A stretch of 64,000 bases of DNA from Eledone cirrhosa (GCA_964016885.1 OZ024750.1:32798001-32862000); one strand, 5' to 3'. Shown: positions 27,707-38,239, counted from the first letter of the stretch. Numbers and translations: made by a program. Notes: generated by a model from the sequence alone, not told the origin.

Positions 27707-27819
27707 TCTACATATCATTTCATTTTCATCATTTCATTTTACGTCCGCTTTTTACCTGCTTGCAAGGGTGGGACGGGAACTGATTCTGGCTTATATATAT
27801 ATATATATACATAAATATA

Positions 27820-27875
<56 letters not shown>

Positions 27876-27889
27876 TATAAATATACATA

Positions 27890-27977
<88 letters not shown>

Positions 27978-27978
27978 C

Positions 27979-28009
<31 letters not shown>

Positions 28010-28024
28010 CATATATATATACAC

Positions 28025-28093
<69 letters not shown>

Positions 28094-28153
28094 TATACAT
28101 ATATGTATATATATATATAGGATTTCGCTTCAAGCATAGCTTTATACAATATA

Positions 28154-28361
28154 TATAAATATTTTGTATCTCCAAAGAAACACGGTTTTAGGAAGCCGTA
28201 GCTATGCAAACACGGGGGCGGCGGGGGGGGGGGGGTCTAACGCCCTCTGGTGATGTACAGATGGACATCACCAGAGTGCGTTAGCCCCCCCCCCCGCCCC
28301 GGTGTTTGCATAGCTACGGCTTCCTAAAACCGTGTTTCTTTGGAGATACAAAATATTTATA
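28154..28361. mobile_element. fold-back insert in (TA)n with G-run/C-run arms
   Basis: ~100-bp inverted arms around the 8-nt loop ACAGATGG (28257-28264). Confidence 0.8.
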
Positions 28362-28775
28362 CATGTATATATATATACACATATATATATACATATACAC
28401 ACACACACACACATATTCCTTTATATATATATATATATATTCATATATATAAAGGAATAAGGGAAGCTGTAAACTGTAATGTCAGCTTGCCATGAGGAAT
28501 TGGTTCAATACATTATGATAGTGTAAAATAACTTTGAACAGAGATTAACATTGATTATTGATTGGTGTTCATTAAAAATAAGTTATGTAGAATAGAGTTC
28601 TCTCTCTCAATACAATTGCCACTTAATGAGATGAAATTCCTCAGACATTACTTTATTTAACTAGCATCAATGGCATTATATTGTTTTCAATTTGATTTTC
28701 CATTAATAATGTCTATTTATGAGAACTATCTACCTATCACTGCCTGTCATGTTGTGTGTGTGTATATATATATGG

Positions 28776-29120
28776 GAGGCACATGGCTTAGTGGTTAGAG
28801 CATTGGCCTTGCAATCGAAAGGTTGTGAGTTCAATTCTCAGACCGGGTGATGTGTTGTTTCCTTGAGCAAGACACTTTATTTCACGTTGCTCCAGTTTAC
28901 TCAGCTGTAGAAATGAGATGATAGGGACTGGGATCCCTATCATTCCACTGCAAAGTGGTTGTGGAGGTGCCATGGCAAAAAAGCACCCAGCACTCACTGT
29001 AAATGAGGTTGGTGTTAGCAAGGGCATCCAGCTGTAGAAATCAAGCCAGAATCAGTTCCCGTCCCACCCTTCCAAGCAGGGAAAAGTGGACGTAAAATGA
29101 AATGATGATGATGATGATGA
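28776..29120 (+). mobile_element. SINE family B
   Basis: Full length, (TGA)n tail. Confidence 0.92.
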
Positions 29121-29170
29121 TATATATTAATTCAATATATTAACAAAATAGACATTCGTGTGATCAAGTA

Positions 29171-29237
29171 TATTTTATTATACATATTTCAGAGGTACTG
29201 AGCTATCTTCAACAGTACGTCCTCATCAGATAAAATA
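29171..29237 (-). ncRNA. hammerhead motif, inverted-arm copy
   Basis: Reverse complement of 29328-29394. Confidence 0.8.
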
Positions 29238-29327
29238 AGATGATGCATGACATACCCTGAGTTAGTAGATGGTTAAGATTCAGTCACGGTAACCATCTAC
29301 TAAGTCAGGGTATGTCATGCATCATCT

Positions 29328-29394
29328 TATTTTATCTGATGAGGACGTACTGTTGAAGATAGCTCAGTACCTCTGAAATATGTATAATAAAATA
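29328..29394 (+). ncRNA. type I hammerhead ribozyme motif, intact core
   Basis: TATTTTAT-CTGATGA-GGACGTACTG/CAGTACCTCT-GAAA-TATGTA-TA-ATAAAATA; 8-bp stem I, ~9-bp stem II, AUA triplet. Confidence 0.82.
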
Positions 29395-29531
29395 TACTTG
29401 ATCACACGAATGTCTATTTTTGTTAATATTTTGAATTAATATTAATAACTCCGGAAAACCATATTTGTTGAGTGCTTCCAATCTATTGTAAAACTCATTT
29501 TCTTTTGTTTATTCATTGAACCTTGTTTAAT

Positions 29532-29569
<38 letters not shown>

Positions 29570-29625
29570 TCATCTTCATCTTCGTTTAACGTCCATTTTC
29601 CACATATATATATATATATATATAT

Positions 29626-29818
29626 AAGAGGGTGTGGTAAGATACCAGGTGGACCATGACGCCCCAGTGTACTCAATACTTAGGGTAGTAGAGTGGGTAA
29701 TAGGCAAAGAGTCAGGACCCTGATAGCTGAGCTCCAGCCGTTTCCACCCTGCTGTCTTAGTTCGCATCCAGCTGTCGAAATGGTCAGAGCTCAGCCGTCG
29801 GGGTTCTGATTCTTTCCC

Positions 29819-29821
<3 letters not shown>
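29626..29821. mobile_element. fold-back insert carrying hammerhead 3' halves (same family as 30248 and 44398)
   Basis: GAAA-(Y)GGYYRGAGCTCAGCCG-TC-GGGG on both strands; flanked by (TA)n. Confidence 0.65.
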
Positions 29822-29860
<39 letters not shown>

Positions 29861-30218
29861 GATAAATCTACCAAGAGTTTACGGTAGTGTCCAATCCGTA
29901 TGAAGAACTCAATGTATTCCGGATATCATGGAAAGAAGAGATGTAATGAAAAATCACTTTCGGTGAAAGATAAACGGTATACAGATAAACGGTATACAGA
30001 GATAAACGGTATACAGAGTCAAGAAGACGGCGTATATATGTGTTGGTATGTATATTTAATCTTGATAGTTTGTATAATTTTGTATAATTTTGTACATAGA
30101 TCTGTTGAATATGCATGCCAATTCTAACACATATATATCCTAGAAACGATCGTTAAATAATGAACTTTTTTTGTTTAATATAAGGAACTGTTTCATTGTT
30201 TTATTCATTATTTGTTTA

Positions 30219-30247
<29 letters not shown>

Positions 30248-30251
<4 letters not shown>

Positions 30252-30450
30252 GAAAATGTATAACCCCGACGGCAGAGCTCAAGCTGTTTCAACGGCTATT
30301 TCTAGACTGAGTCTAGAAATATCCATCGAAACAGCTTGAGCTCTGCTGTCGGGGTTATACATTTTCCTATTATCCACTCTAAGTATTACCCTAAGTATTG
30401 AGTACACGGTGCGTTATGGTCCAACTGGTTTCTTACCACACTTCCTTCAT
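30248..30450. mobile_element. fold-back insert centred on a stem-II-like hairpin
   Basis: Arms 30248-30307 and 30311-30370; CCATC-GAAA-CAGC..GCTG-TC-GGGG; its tail is homologous to the reverse complement of 29626-29710. Confidence 0.7.
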
Positions 30451-30571
30451 TATATATATATATATATATATATTTCTCGACCGTTATATCGCGTGACTAT
30501 CTCCCCCTCCGCCTTTTGGGATTCTTTCTCACGTCGTGTAGACGCGTTCTTGAGACTAGTAAAATGAGGTA

Positions 30572-30659
30572 TCCTCTTGATAAGTCGGCAGACCTCGCAA
30601 GGACTCTATATCTTTGATATATTGTTTTTGTTTATGCCACGAAACTACGTAGTCGAGGA
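30572..30659 (+). ncRNA. hammerhead motif with mutated core (TTGATAA)
   Basis: TCCTC-TTGATAA-GT(C)GGCA...TGCCAC-GAAA-CTACGTAG (8-nt palindrome)-TC-GAGGA; GUC triplet. Confidence 0.7.
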
Positions 30660-31116
30660 ATTTAGGAGCAGTTTGGGTATGATACATTTTATTACTAATT
30701 ATATCTAAATGTTTCTTCTCTCTTCATAATGTATGTATATATATATATATATGTATATATATTATATATATATTATATATCATCATCATCATCTTCACTT
30801 TACGTCCATTTCTTCCACACTATCATGGGTTAGACGAGTTGTCCTGTTGTGGACAATGCCAGGTCAGGTGGCCATGTCTTGCTCATGCAGAACTGATTTT
30901 GGTTTGATTTCTACACCTGGATGCCCTTCCTAACACCAACCCCATTTACAGTGAGTACTGGATGATTTTTATTGTGGAGCCTACACGACCACTTTACAGA
31001 GTGGGCTGGGTGCTTTTTGTCGTGACACCTACTCGACCACTCTTCAGTGGGAGGGGGTGGGTGCATATTATCTATAAGCTTCAGCATCGGCTTATACCAC
31101 ATACATATACATATAG

Positions 31117-31730
31117 GAGGCACATGGCTTAGTGGTTAGAGCATTGGCCTTGCAATCGAAAGGTTGTGAGTTCAATTCTCAGACCGGGTGATGTGTTGTT
31201 TCCTTGAGCAAGACACTTTATTTCACATTGCTCCAGTTTACTCAGCTGTAGAAATGAGATGATAGGGACTGGGATCCCTATCATTCCACTGCAAAGTGGT
31301 TGTGGAGGTGCCATGGCAAAAAAGCACCCAGCACTCACTGTAAATGAGGTTGGTGTTAGGAAGGGCATCCAGCTGTAGAAATCAAGCCAGAATCAGTTCC
31401 CGTCCCACCCTTGCAAGCAGGGAAAAAGCGGACGTAAAATGAAATGAAAAATGATGATGATATATATATATACATATGGAGGCACATTGCTCCAGTTTAC
31501 TCAGCTGTAGAAATGAGATGATAGGGACTGGGGTCCCTATCATTCCACTGCAAAGTGGTCGTGGAGGTGCCACGGCAAAAAAAGCACCCAGCACTCACTG
31601 TAAATGAGGTTGGTGTTAGGAAGGGCATCCAGCTGTAGAAATCAAGCCAGAATCAGTTCCCGTCCCACCCTTGCAAGCAGGGAAAAAGCGGACGTAAAAT
31701 GAAATGATGATGATGAATGATGATGATATA
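31117..31730 (+). mobile_element. two tandem SINE B copies; the second lacks its tRNA head
   Basis: 31117-31460 is full length; the copy at 31478 starts GGAGGCACAT|TGCTCCAG. Confidence 0.9.
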
Positions 31731-31735
31731 TATAT

Positions 31736-31924
31736 ACTAGGGGGCATTGAAAATTCCTGGCTTTAAGAGTGACACAAATGGGTAGAGCTATTACATTTAC
31801 AGGGGAATTATGACTGTTACAATAATTGTGTGGATCTGAGAGGGGAAATATTTTGAATAAAATCATAACTAACTGATTCTCCTGTATTTTATTTATCCAA
31901 AGAACTTTTCAACACCCACTTGTA
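31736..31924. mobile_element. Tc1/mariner-type MITE, decayed
   Basis: Imperfect TIRs TACTAGGGGGCATTGAAAATTCCTGG / CCAAAGAACTTTTCAACACCCACTTGTA with TA ends. Confidence 0.55.
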
Positions 31925-32294
31925 TATACTTCCACATAGATCTCTTTCTGTTTCTCCCTCCTTCTGTATGTATGTATGCATGTATATATATAGACCCCTA
32001 GCCTTTGTCAGGGCATTCTTCTCGGAGAAGGCAACTCAGGAAACTGGGATATCTCCGATATAAAACCTGCGGCTCAGTAGTTACCGATGATGTTGATCTT
32101 TTCTTCTTTTGGGGTTATAGCTACTGTTGCTCAAAGAGTGGGATTGGCTCAGTGCTCAGTCTTTCCTCACTTTAAAAAATACCTTCACACACAGGCATTG
32201 CACGATAGAATTAAATAATTATTATTAATGGTATATTGTGCAATGGCCATACTCGATAACGAGGGGGCAGCCATCATCATATATATATGCATAT

Positions 32295-35200
32295 ATCATC
32301 ATCATCATCATCATCAACGTTTAACGTCCGTGTTCCACGCTTGCATGGGTTTGGACGGGGGTAGTCCCACTTGAGGCAAGAGTGATTGTCTTGCTCGCAT
32401 AGGACTGTCTGGCAGGTTTTCTACAGTTGGATGCCCTTCCTAACACCAACCACATTTACAGTGTGGGTCTGGGAGGTTTTTACCGTGTTGCCTACACGGC
32501 CACATTACAGCGTGGACTGTGTGTTTTTTTGTCGTGAGACCTACACGATCTCATTTGTTTCGGCCTGGATGGCGCGGCACCAACATAACTTTACATAGAA
32601 CGGGGTGGTGTGGATGGGGTGGGGGTGGTGGCGGGACGGGGTGTATTTTGTTAGAGATGCCTACTGGCAAGGCGGGTCTTCTCTGTTACTGAGTACCGCC
32701 AAAGGTCTCGGTCCAGTGACATTGTCTTGGAGAGGTGTAAGTGTGTGAGGTCGGAGTTTATCAGCTCATCCCAGGTTTTTCTAGGTCTGCCTATTCCGTG
32801 GCTACCGTCTATCTTTATTGCCATGCACTTTGTTATACAGCTATCGACTTTCATGCGCATCACGTGTCCATACCAACGCAGCCTTCTCTCGAGTAAACAA
32901 CATCTGATCCCTCTTATCTCTAATTTTTTCCTTAGTTCGTTTATGCTTTGCCGTTCACGTATATTACTGTTACACATCCAGCGGAGCATGCAAGCTTCGT
33001 TCCTCTCTAGTCTGCGTATATCCTCTGCACACAATGCCCAGGTCTCACTACCATGCAACATTGCTGTTCGTATGCAGGCATCGTACAACCTGCCTTTCAT
33101 TTTTAGGGAGAACCCTTTAGCAGCTAATAGTGGTATAAGCTCTCTGAACTTTTTCCAACCAGTTCTGACTCTAGCTACAGTACTTTCAGAGCACCCTCCC
33201 CCACTGCTGATTTTATCGCCCAGGTAACGGAAGCTGTCCACTATTTCTATAGAACCCTCTGCGCAATTGAAAGAGCTAGTATTTTGTGGGCACTTGCTGC
33301 TACTTATTGCACCAGAACACCGGCCACATGTAAAATCTATGTTCTTAGTTAGCTTACCTGTGATCCCACTACATCTTTTATGCACCCATACTTTGCATTT
33401 AGGACATAAAATGGAGTTTCTAACTACGCCTTTCCTACACACCGAGCACGACCATTTCCCAGAAGGGACCGCCGCCTTGTTTTCTTTCCTACAAACTAGA
33501 ACTTTGGTCTTAGCCAGGTTAATTTTAAGTCCTTTTGACTCTAGGCCGTGCTTCCATGTTTGGAATTTCTTCTCTAGCTCGGCCATTGATTCCGCTATGA
33601 GTGTCAGGTCGTCTGCGTATAGGAGTTCCCATGGGCAGCCTGTCTTGAACTCCTCTGTTATAGCCTGAAGGGCAATAATAAATAGTAGGGGGCTGAGAAC
33701 AGAGCCCTGATGGACGCCAACTTTTACGCTAAACTCTTCACTATATTCGTTGTTAATTCTAACCTTGCTGACTGTTTCTTTATACCTGGCTTGTATAGCC
33801 CTCACAAGCCATTCGTCAATGCCTAGTTTTCTAAGAGCCCACCAGATAATGGAGCGGGGGACTCTGTCGAAGGCTTTCTCCAGGTCGACAAAAGCTAAGT
33901 AGAGGGGTTTACCTTTAGCTAGGTACTTCTCCTGTAGTTGTCGTACTATGAAAAGAGCGTCTGTGGTGCTTTTGCCTGACACAAACCCGAACTGCATTTC
34001 ATCTAGGTCAATTCTCTCTCTGATTAGTTGCGCTATTACTTTTTCCGTGACCTTCATGACCTGGTCGATTAATTTAATGCCTCTATAGTTACTCCTATCT
34101 AGGGCGTCTCCTTTACCCTTATAACAGTTAACGATGATGCTGCTATGCCAGTCCTTCGGAACAACCCCATTCTGTACGACTTGGTTAACTATGCGGGTGA
34201 CCATGGTGTGTCCCACCGTGCCAGATGCCTTCAGCATCTCAGCAACTATTTCCGAAGGCCCAGCCGCCTTACCCGTCTTCATATCCTTGATTGCCTTACT
34301 TATTATACTCCCCTCGACTAACACTGCTGGTCCCTCTATCGGGTCGATATGGGGGAGACTGTCTTTCTCCCATTTATTCTCCTCATTTAGTAGCCTTTCA
34401 TAGTGACACTTCCAAGCTACCTTCTTATCAGTGTCGGTGATGGCAAGTATGCCATCATCGTTAAGTACACACTTCTCCCCGACAATATCACGGTTTTCCT
34501 TGACGCATTGCCTAGCAATCCTGAACACCTCACGTTTTTGGTCATCGCTTTGTAGAACATGCTTGAACTTTCTTTCCTCAGCTTCCCTTCTTGCTAAGTA
34601 CACTTCTCTCCTAGCTTCCCTCCTGGCCACTTGATAGTCTACTCTACTTCCCCCATCCCGCCATACTTTCCAAGCCTGCTTTTTGGCCTTAATTGACCCC
34701 TCCACCCTACTGTTCCACCACCATGTTACTCTCCTCCTGCCTACAGGCCTGCTCCAGCCACAGACTTCGTCTGTCGCCAACAGCAGGTTTGCTTTCAGAA
34801 ATTCCCACTGTCCCTCTATATTGTCCGATTCTAGATGCTCTTCCTTACTGTCGAAAGCATCAAGTAATATGCTTTGAAATTTATTTCTGGCTGTGGGGTC
34901 CTTTAGTTTCCATATTTTCCTCCTGAGGATAGTCCTCTTCTGCTGTCGAGTACGTCTCGTCCTGACTATGAGGTCGTTAATTATCAGTCTATGTTGGGAG
35001 GTGCATTCTTCATGGGGGAGGGATTTAGTGTTTACAACAGACACTCTGTCACGTCTTCTGGTAAGGATATAATCTACCTGGCTTGTGTGTTCCCCGGATC
35101 TATAGGTGATCAGGTGATTGTCACGTTTTTTGAAGTTAGTGTTACAGATAGTTAGGTTATTTGCATCACAGAATTCCAGGATTCTGGAGCCTTCCTCATA

Positions 35201-35640
35201 TCTAGTACCAAACCCATAGCCTCCATGGATTTCGTCGTAGCCGTCACAATGTTGTCCGACGTGACCATTTAGGTTGCCTGCAATAATTATATAGTCACTG
35301 TCAGATATTTGGGAGGTAGTTAGCAACAGTGTCTCATAGAATCTGTCTTTTATAGTGCCGGGCAGTCCGGATTGGGGTGCGTACGCAGATATTACTGTCA
35401 CCGTAGTTCTATTGAGGACAAGTCGTATTTTAATTATTCTGTCGTTCACTCTATTTACGTCTATTATCTTATCTGCCCACTTTTCTGCTACCATGATTCC
35501 TACTCCACCCAGCCCATCGTCGTTTCCCACCCAGAAAAGCTTATAACATCGTTTTTTACCCTCAATGAATCTAGCAGACCCACCCCTCCACCTGGTCTCT
35601 TGAATACAACAAACATCGACCTCCTTACGTTCAAGCATTT
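32295..35640 (-). mobile_element. RTE-clade non-LTR retrotransposon, 5'-truncated, flanked by TA-rich sequence
   Basis: Single long ORF, ~350-nt 3'UTR, GGACGTTAAACG-(TGA)n tail. Confidence 0.97.
32651..35638 (-). CDS. RTE polyprotein: AP-endonuclease, reverse transcriptase, PHD-like Cys/His finger (N-terminus truncated)
   Basis: IQETRW, SAYAPQ, GNLNGHVG, QVDYIL; YRGIKL, QFGF, DLEKAFD, GVHQGSVLSP, YADD; CSVC..CPKC..HKRC..CGRC; RLRWYGHV. Confidence 0.95.
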   Translation of the reverse strand: MLERKEVDVCCIQETRWRGGSARFIEGKKRCYKLFWVGNDDGLGGVGIMVAEKWADKIIDVNRVNDRIIKIRLVLNRTTVTVISAYAPQSGLPGTIKDRFYETLLLTTSQISDSDYIIIAGNLNGHVGQHCDGYDEIHGGYGFGTRYEEGSRILEFCDANNLTICNTNFKKRDNHLITYRSGEHTSQVDYILTRRRDRVSVVNTKSLPHEECTSQHRLIINDLIVRTRRTRQQKRTILRRKIWKLKDPTARNKFQSILLDAFDSKEEHLESDNIEGQWEFLKANLLLATDEVCGWSRPVGRRRVTWWWNSRVEGSIKAKKQAWKVWRDGGSRVDYQVARREARREVYLARREAEERKFKHVLQSDDQKREVFRIARQCVKENRDIVGEKCVLNDDGILAITDTDKKVAWKCHYERLLNEENKWEKDSLPHIDPIEGPAVLVEGSIISKAIKDMKTGKAAGPSEIVAEMLKASGTVGHTMVTRIVNQVVQNGVVPKDWHSSIIVNCYKGKGDALDRSNYRGIKLIDQVMKVTEKVIAQLIRERIDLDEMQFGFVSGKSTTDALFIVRQLQEKYLAKGKPLYLAFVDLEKAFDRVPRSIIWWALRKLGIDEWLVRAIQARYKETVSKVRINNEYSEEFSVKVGVHQGSVLSPLLFIIALQAITEEFKTGCPWELLYADDLTLIAESMAELEKKFQTWKHGLESKGLKINLAKTKVLVCRKENKAAVPSGKWSCSVCRKGVVRNSILCPKCKVWVHKRCSGITGKLTKNIDFTCGRCSGAISSSKCPQNTSSFNCAEGSIEIVDSFRYLGDKISSGGGCSESTVARVRTGWKKFRELIPLLAAKGFSLKMKGRLYDACIRTAMLHGSETWALCAEDIRRLERNEACMLRWMCNSNIRERQSINELRKKLEIRGIRCCLLERRLRWYGHVMRMKVDSCITKCMAIKIDGSHGIGRPRKTWDELINSDLTHLHLSKTMSLDRDLWRYSVTEKTRLASRHL

Positions 35641-35951
35641 ATACACTAATATATATATATATATATATATATTTATCTATATTATTATCAGAGATTGTCT
35701 GGAATTACCTGTAGAAATGAAAAAAGCTCAGCCGATGGGTCACAACACTCTTTAATATAGTTACACTGTACTAATCCAAGTATCGAGTCCTCTACTGAAT
35801 AATTGTCTAAACAAGTTTAATAATTGTCTAATACAAGTTTAAAACTGGTAAAATCCTGGTCTCTCTCTCTTTTTCTCTCTCTTTCTATATATAAATAGAG
35901 AGAGTTGACAAACTTGACAAAAGAGTACTCATTAATGAATTAGTGTATAAA

Positions 35952-36070
35952 TATTTATTTATTATAACTAAGTAAAGAGTTTTGTTATTCTGGAGTTTCT
36001 GATGATCCTGTGCGTGCACAGGTGAAATTCCTGGATAATAAGACTCACTACTTAGCCATAAATGAATATA
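35952..36070 (+). ncRNA. hammerhead core with its stem I 5' strand replaced by an inverted arm
   Basis: CTGATGA(35999)-T-CCTGTG cgtg CACAGG-T-GAAA-TTCCTGGA-TA; the left flank is the reverse complement of the right flank. Confidence 0.55.
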
Positions 36071-36568
36071 AATATATATATATATATATATGTGTGTGTG
36101 TAGGTATGTGAGTGAATATAATGGAATAGTCCACTATTAATTTTTGGTAAGGTGTAAAAAGCTCCACTTGACGTCTGCAGTAAGTAGAGATTCAAAACAA
36201 TCAAATGATTGTTTCACTGTTTGCATGTATATATAAGTTTCACACCTTTATAGAAAGAATTGTATAGAATAAAGATGGATTTTTATTTAAAAACCTTGTT
36301 TTTTTTTAAATATAGGTATATGTTTATATATGAAACATTTCCAGTCCTGTAGAAGCCATATGTCTATTAAATTTTTGAAATATATATTGTAGTTTTAATG
36401 TCAGCTTGCTCTGCTAGCAATATATGTGTGTGTTGTGTGTGTGTGTATAATTTAATATAGAAATGGCTTCTAAAGTACTAGAACTGTTTTATTTGTATGA
36501 AATCATCACCATCATCATATATATATGTGTATACATATATATATATATATTTATATATATATATATGT

Positions 36569-36948
36569 GGAGGCACATGGCTTAGTGGTTAGAGCATTGG
36601 CCTTGCACTCGAAAGGTTGTGAGTTCAATTCTCAGACCGGGTGATGTGTTGTTTCCTTGAGCAAGACACTTTATTTCACATTGCTCCAGTTTACTCAGCT
36701 GTAGAAATGAGATGATAGGGACTGGGGTCCCTATCATTCCACTGGAGGTGCCACGGCAAAATAGCACCCAGCCGACACTCTAAAGTGGTCGTGGAGGTGC
36801 CACGGAAAAAAAGCACCCAGCACTCACTGTAAAAGAGGTTGGTGTTAGGAAGGGCATCCAGCTGTAGAAATCAAGCCAGAATCAGTTCCCGTCCCACCCT
36901 TGCAAGCAGGGAAAAACAGACGTAAAATGAAATGATGATGATGATGAT
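36569..36948 (+). mobile_element. SINE family B
   Basis: Full length, with two 48-bp subrepeats. Confidence 0.9.
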
Positions 36949-37110
36949 ATGATTTATTTTATTTTCGTCGTTTTGGAAGCCTCAACAATGCAGATGGGTA
37001 ATTCTCCAGGTAACAGGATCCGGTGGGGAAGAGAGAGATGTAAAGGAATGTAGAATGAGATGTATAGTGTGTAGAGGAACATAGGAAATAGCGTAAAAAA
37101 TAAAAATAAT

Positions 37111-37296
37111 TGTTTCTATTTTAGGCACAAGGCCAGCAATTTACCAGTGCATTACTGGTACTTTATTTTATCGACCCCGTAAGGATGAAAGGCAAAGTCA
37201 ACCTCGGCGGGATTTGAACTCAGACCGTAAAGGGACGTAACTATGCTGGAAAGCATGGCGTCCGACCCTCTACCGATACTGCCAATCCACCGCCAT
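37111..37296 (-). mobile_element. SINE family A with 18-bp TSD
   Basis: GTAAAAAATAAAAATAAT at 37093-37110 and 37297-37314. Confidence 0.93.
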
Positions 37297-38239
37297 GTAA
37301 AAAATAAAAATAATAACACAAGATAGATTTACCTTGGGAGAGATTTAATTGTCCCTATATTTTGGATTCGCATCCATCAACTGGGAGGTTTTCCGGGGGG
37401 CAGGGAGGTTATCTGTCGGAGAGGAATGGTACATGTCCTCTGTTGTTCGCTGTTTGTGATACACTGCTAGTGTATAATAAACATATATATATATATATAT
37501 GACCCTTGCAAGCAGGGAAAATCAGACGTAAAATGATGATGATGATGATGATGTGTGCCTGAGTCATAATGTATTGGTCAACAGCTACCTATAGTAGAAG
37601 ATACTTGCTCAAGATGACATGTACTGTGATAGAACCTAGATAGAACCTAACCACTTAACGATACATTAATTAATTCACAGTACAACATAGCAATATCCTG
37701 TACAGCAACTGGTTACCTGAAGATTTGAAATAAATTAATTAAGTTTACAAGACATCTACACAGATAATTTATAACCAAAGCTTGTATCAGTTTACAGAAA
37801 TACACTGGCAAACATTAATAGACCATCAAAATACAAGACCATTAAAATTACGTTGCAACTCTAATTAATTTGATATAAACCCCAGACCTCACACTAGAAA
37901 GCAACAAAGTTAATTTTCATCTTGTCAAGTTGAAACTCTTTTGGGAATTACTAATATCTCTTATAGTAAATCCCCAAAAACTGAGACTGTTACACCTCAA
38001 TTGAATGTAACATTGCAGTAGAACATGGTAGAACTGTTAAGGAGTTTGCTTCACAATTATTAGGTCCTGTGTTCAATCCCACTGCATGGTACCTTGTCCT
38101 GGTGTCATTCTCCACAGTCGTGAATCAACCTGTATCTCTTGAGGGAAATCTGCTAGATGGAAACACTGTTGGAAGCTTATAATATTGACTATACATGTTA
38201 CTCAAAGGCACAGCTGTATCACATATGTGCCATGCTGAA

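Larger units (their letters stand above)
29124..29540. mobile_element. fold-back insert (~150-bp arms), probable Penelope-like pseudo-LTR remnant
   Basis: Arms 29124-29275 and 29290-29442, 14-nt loop, about 100-bp unpaired 3' extension, then (TA)n. Confidence 0.78.

Noticed and set aside
28776-28850. tRNA gene (Ala-like anticodon loop)
   Set aside because: It is the head of SINE B: no complete acceptor stem, and it continues into the SINE body in every full-length copy
32727-35755. Plus-strand ORFs over the RTE
   Set aside because: Antisense shadows of the retrotransposon ORF
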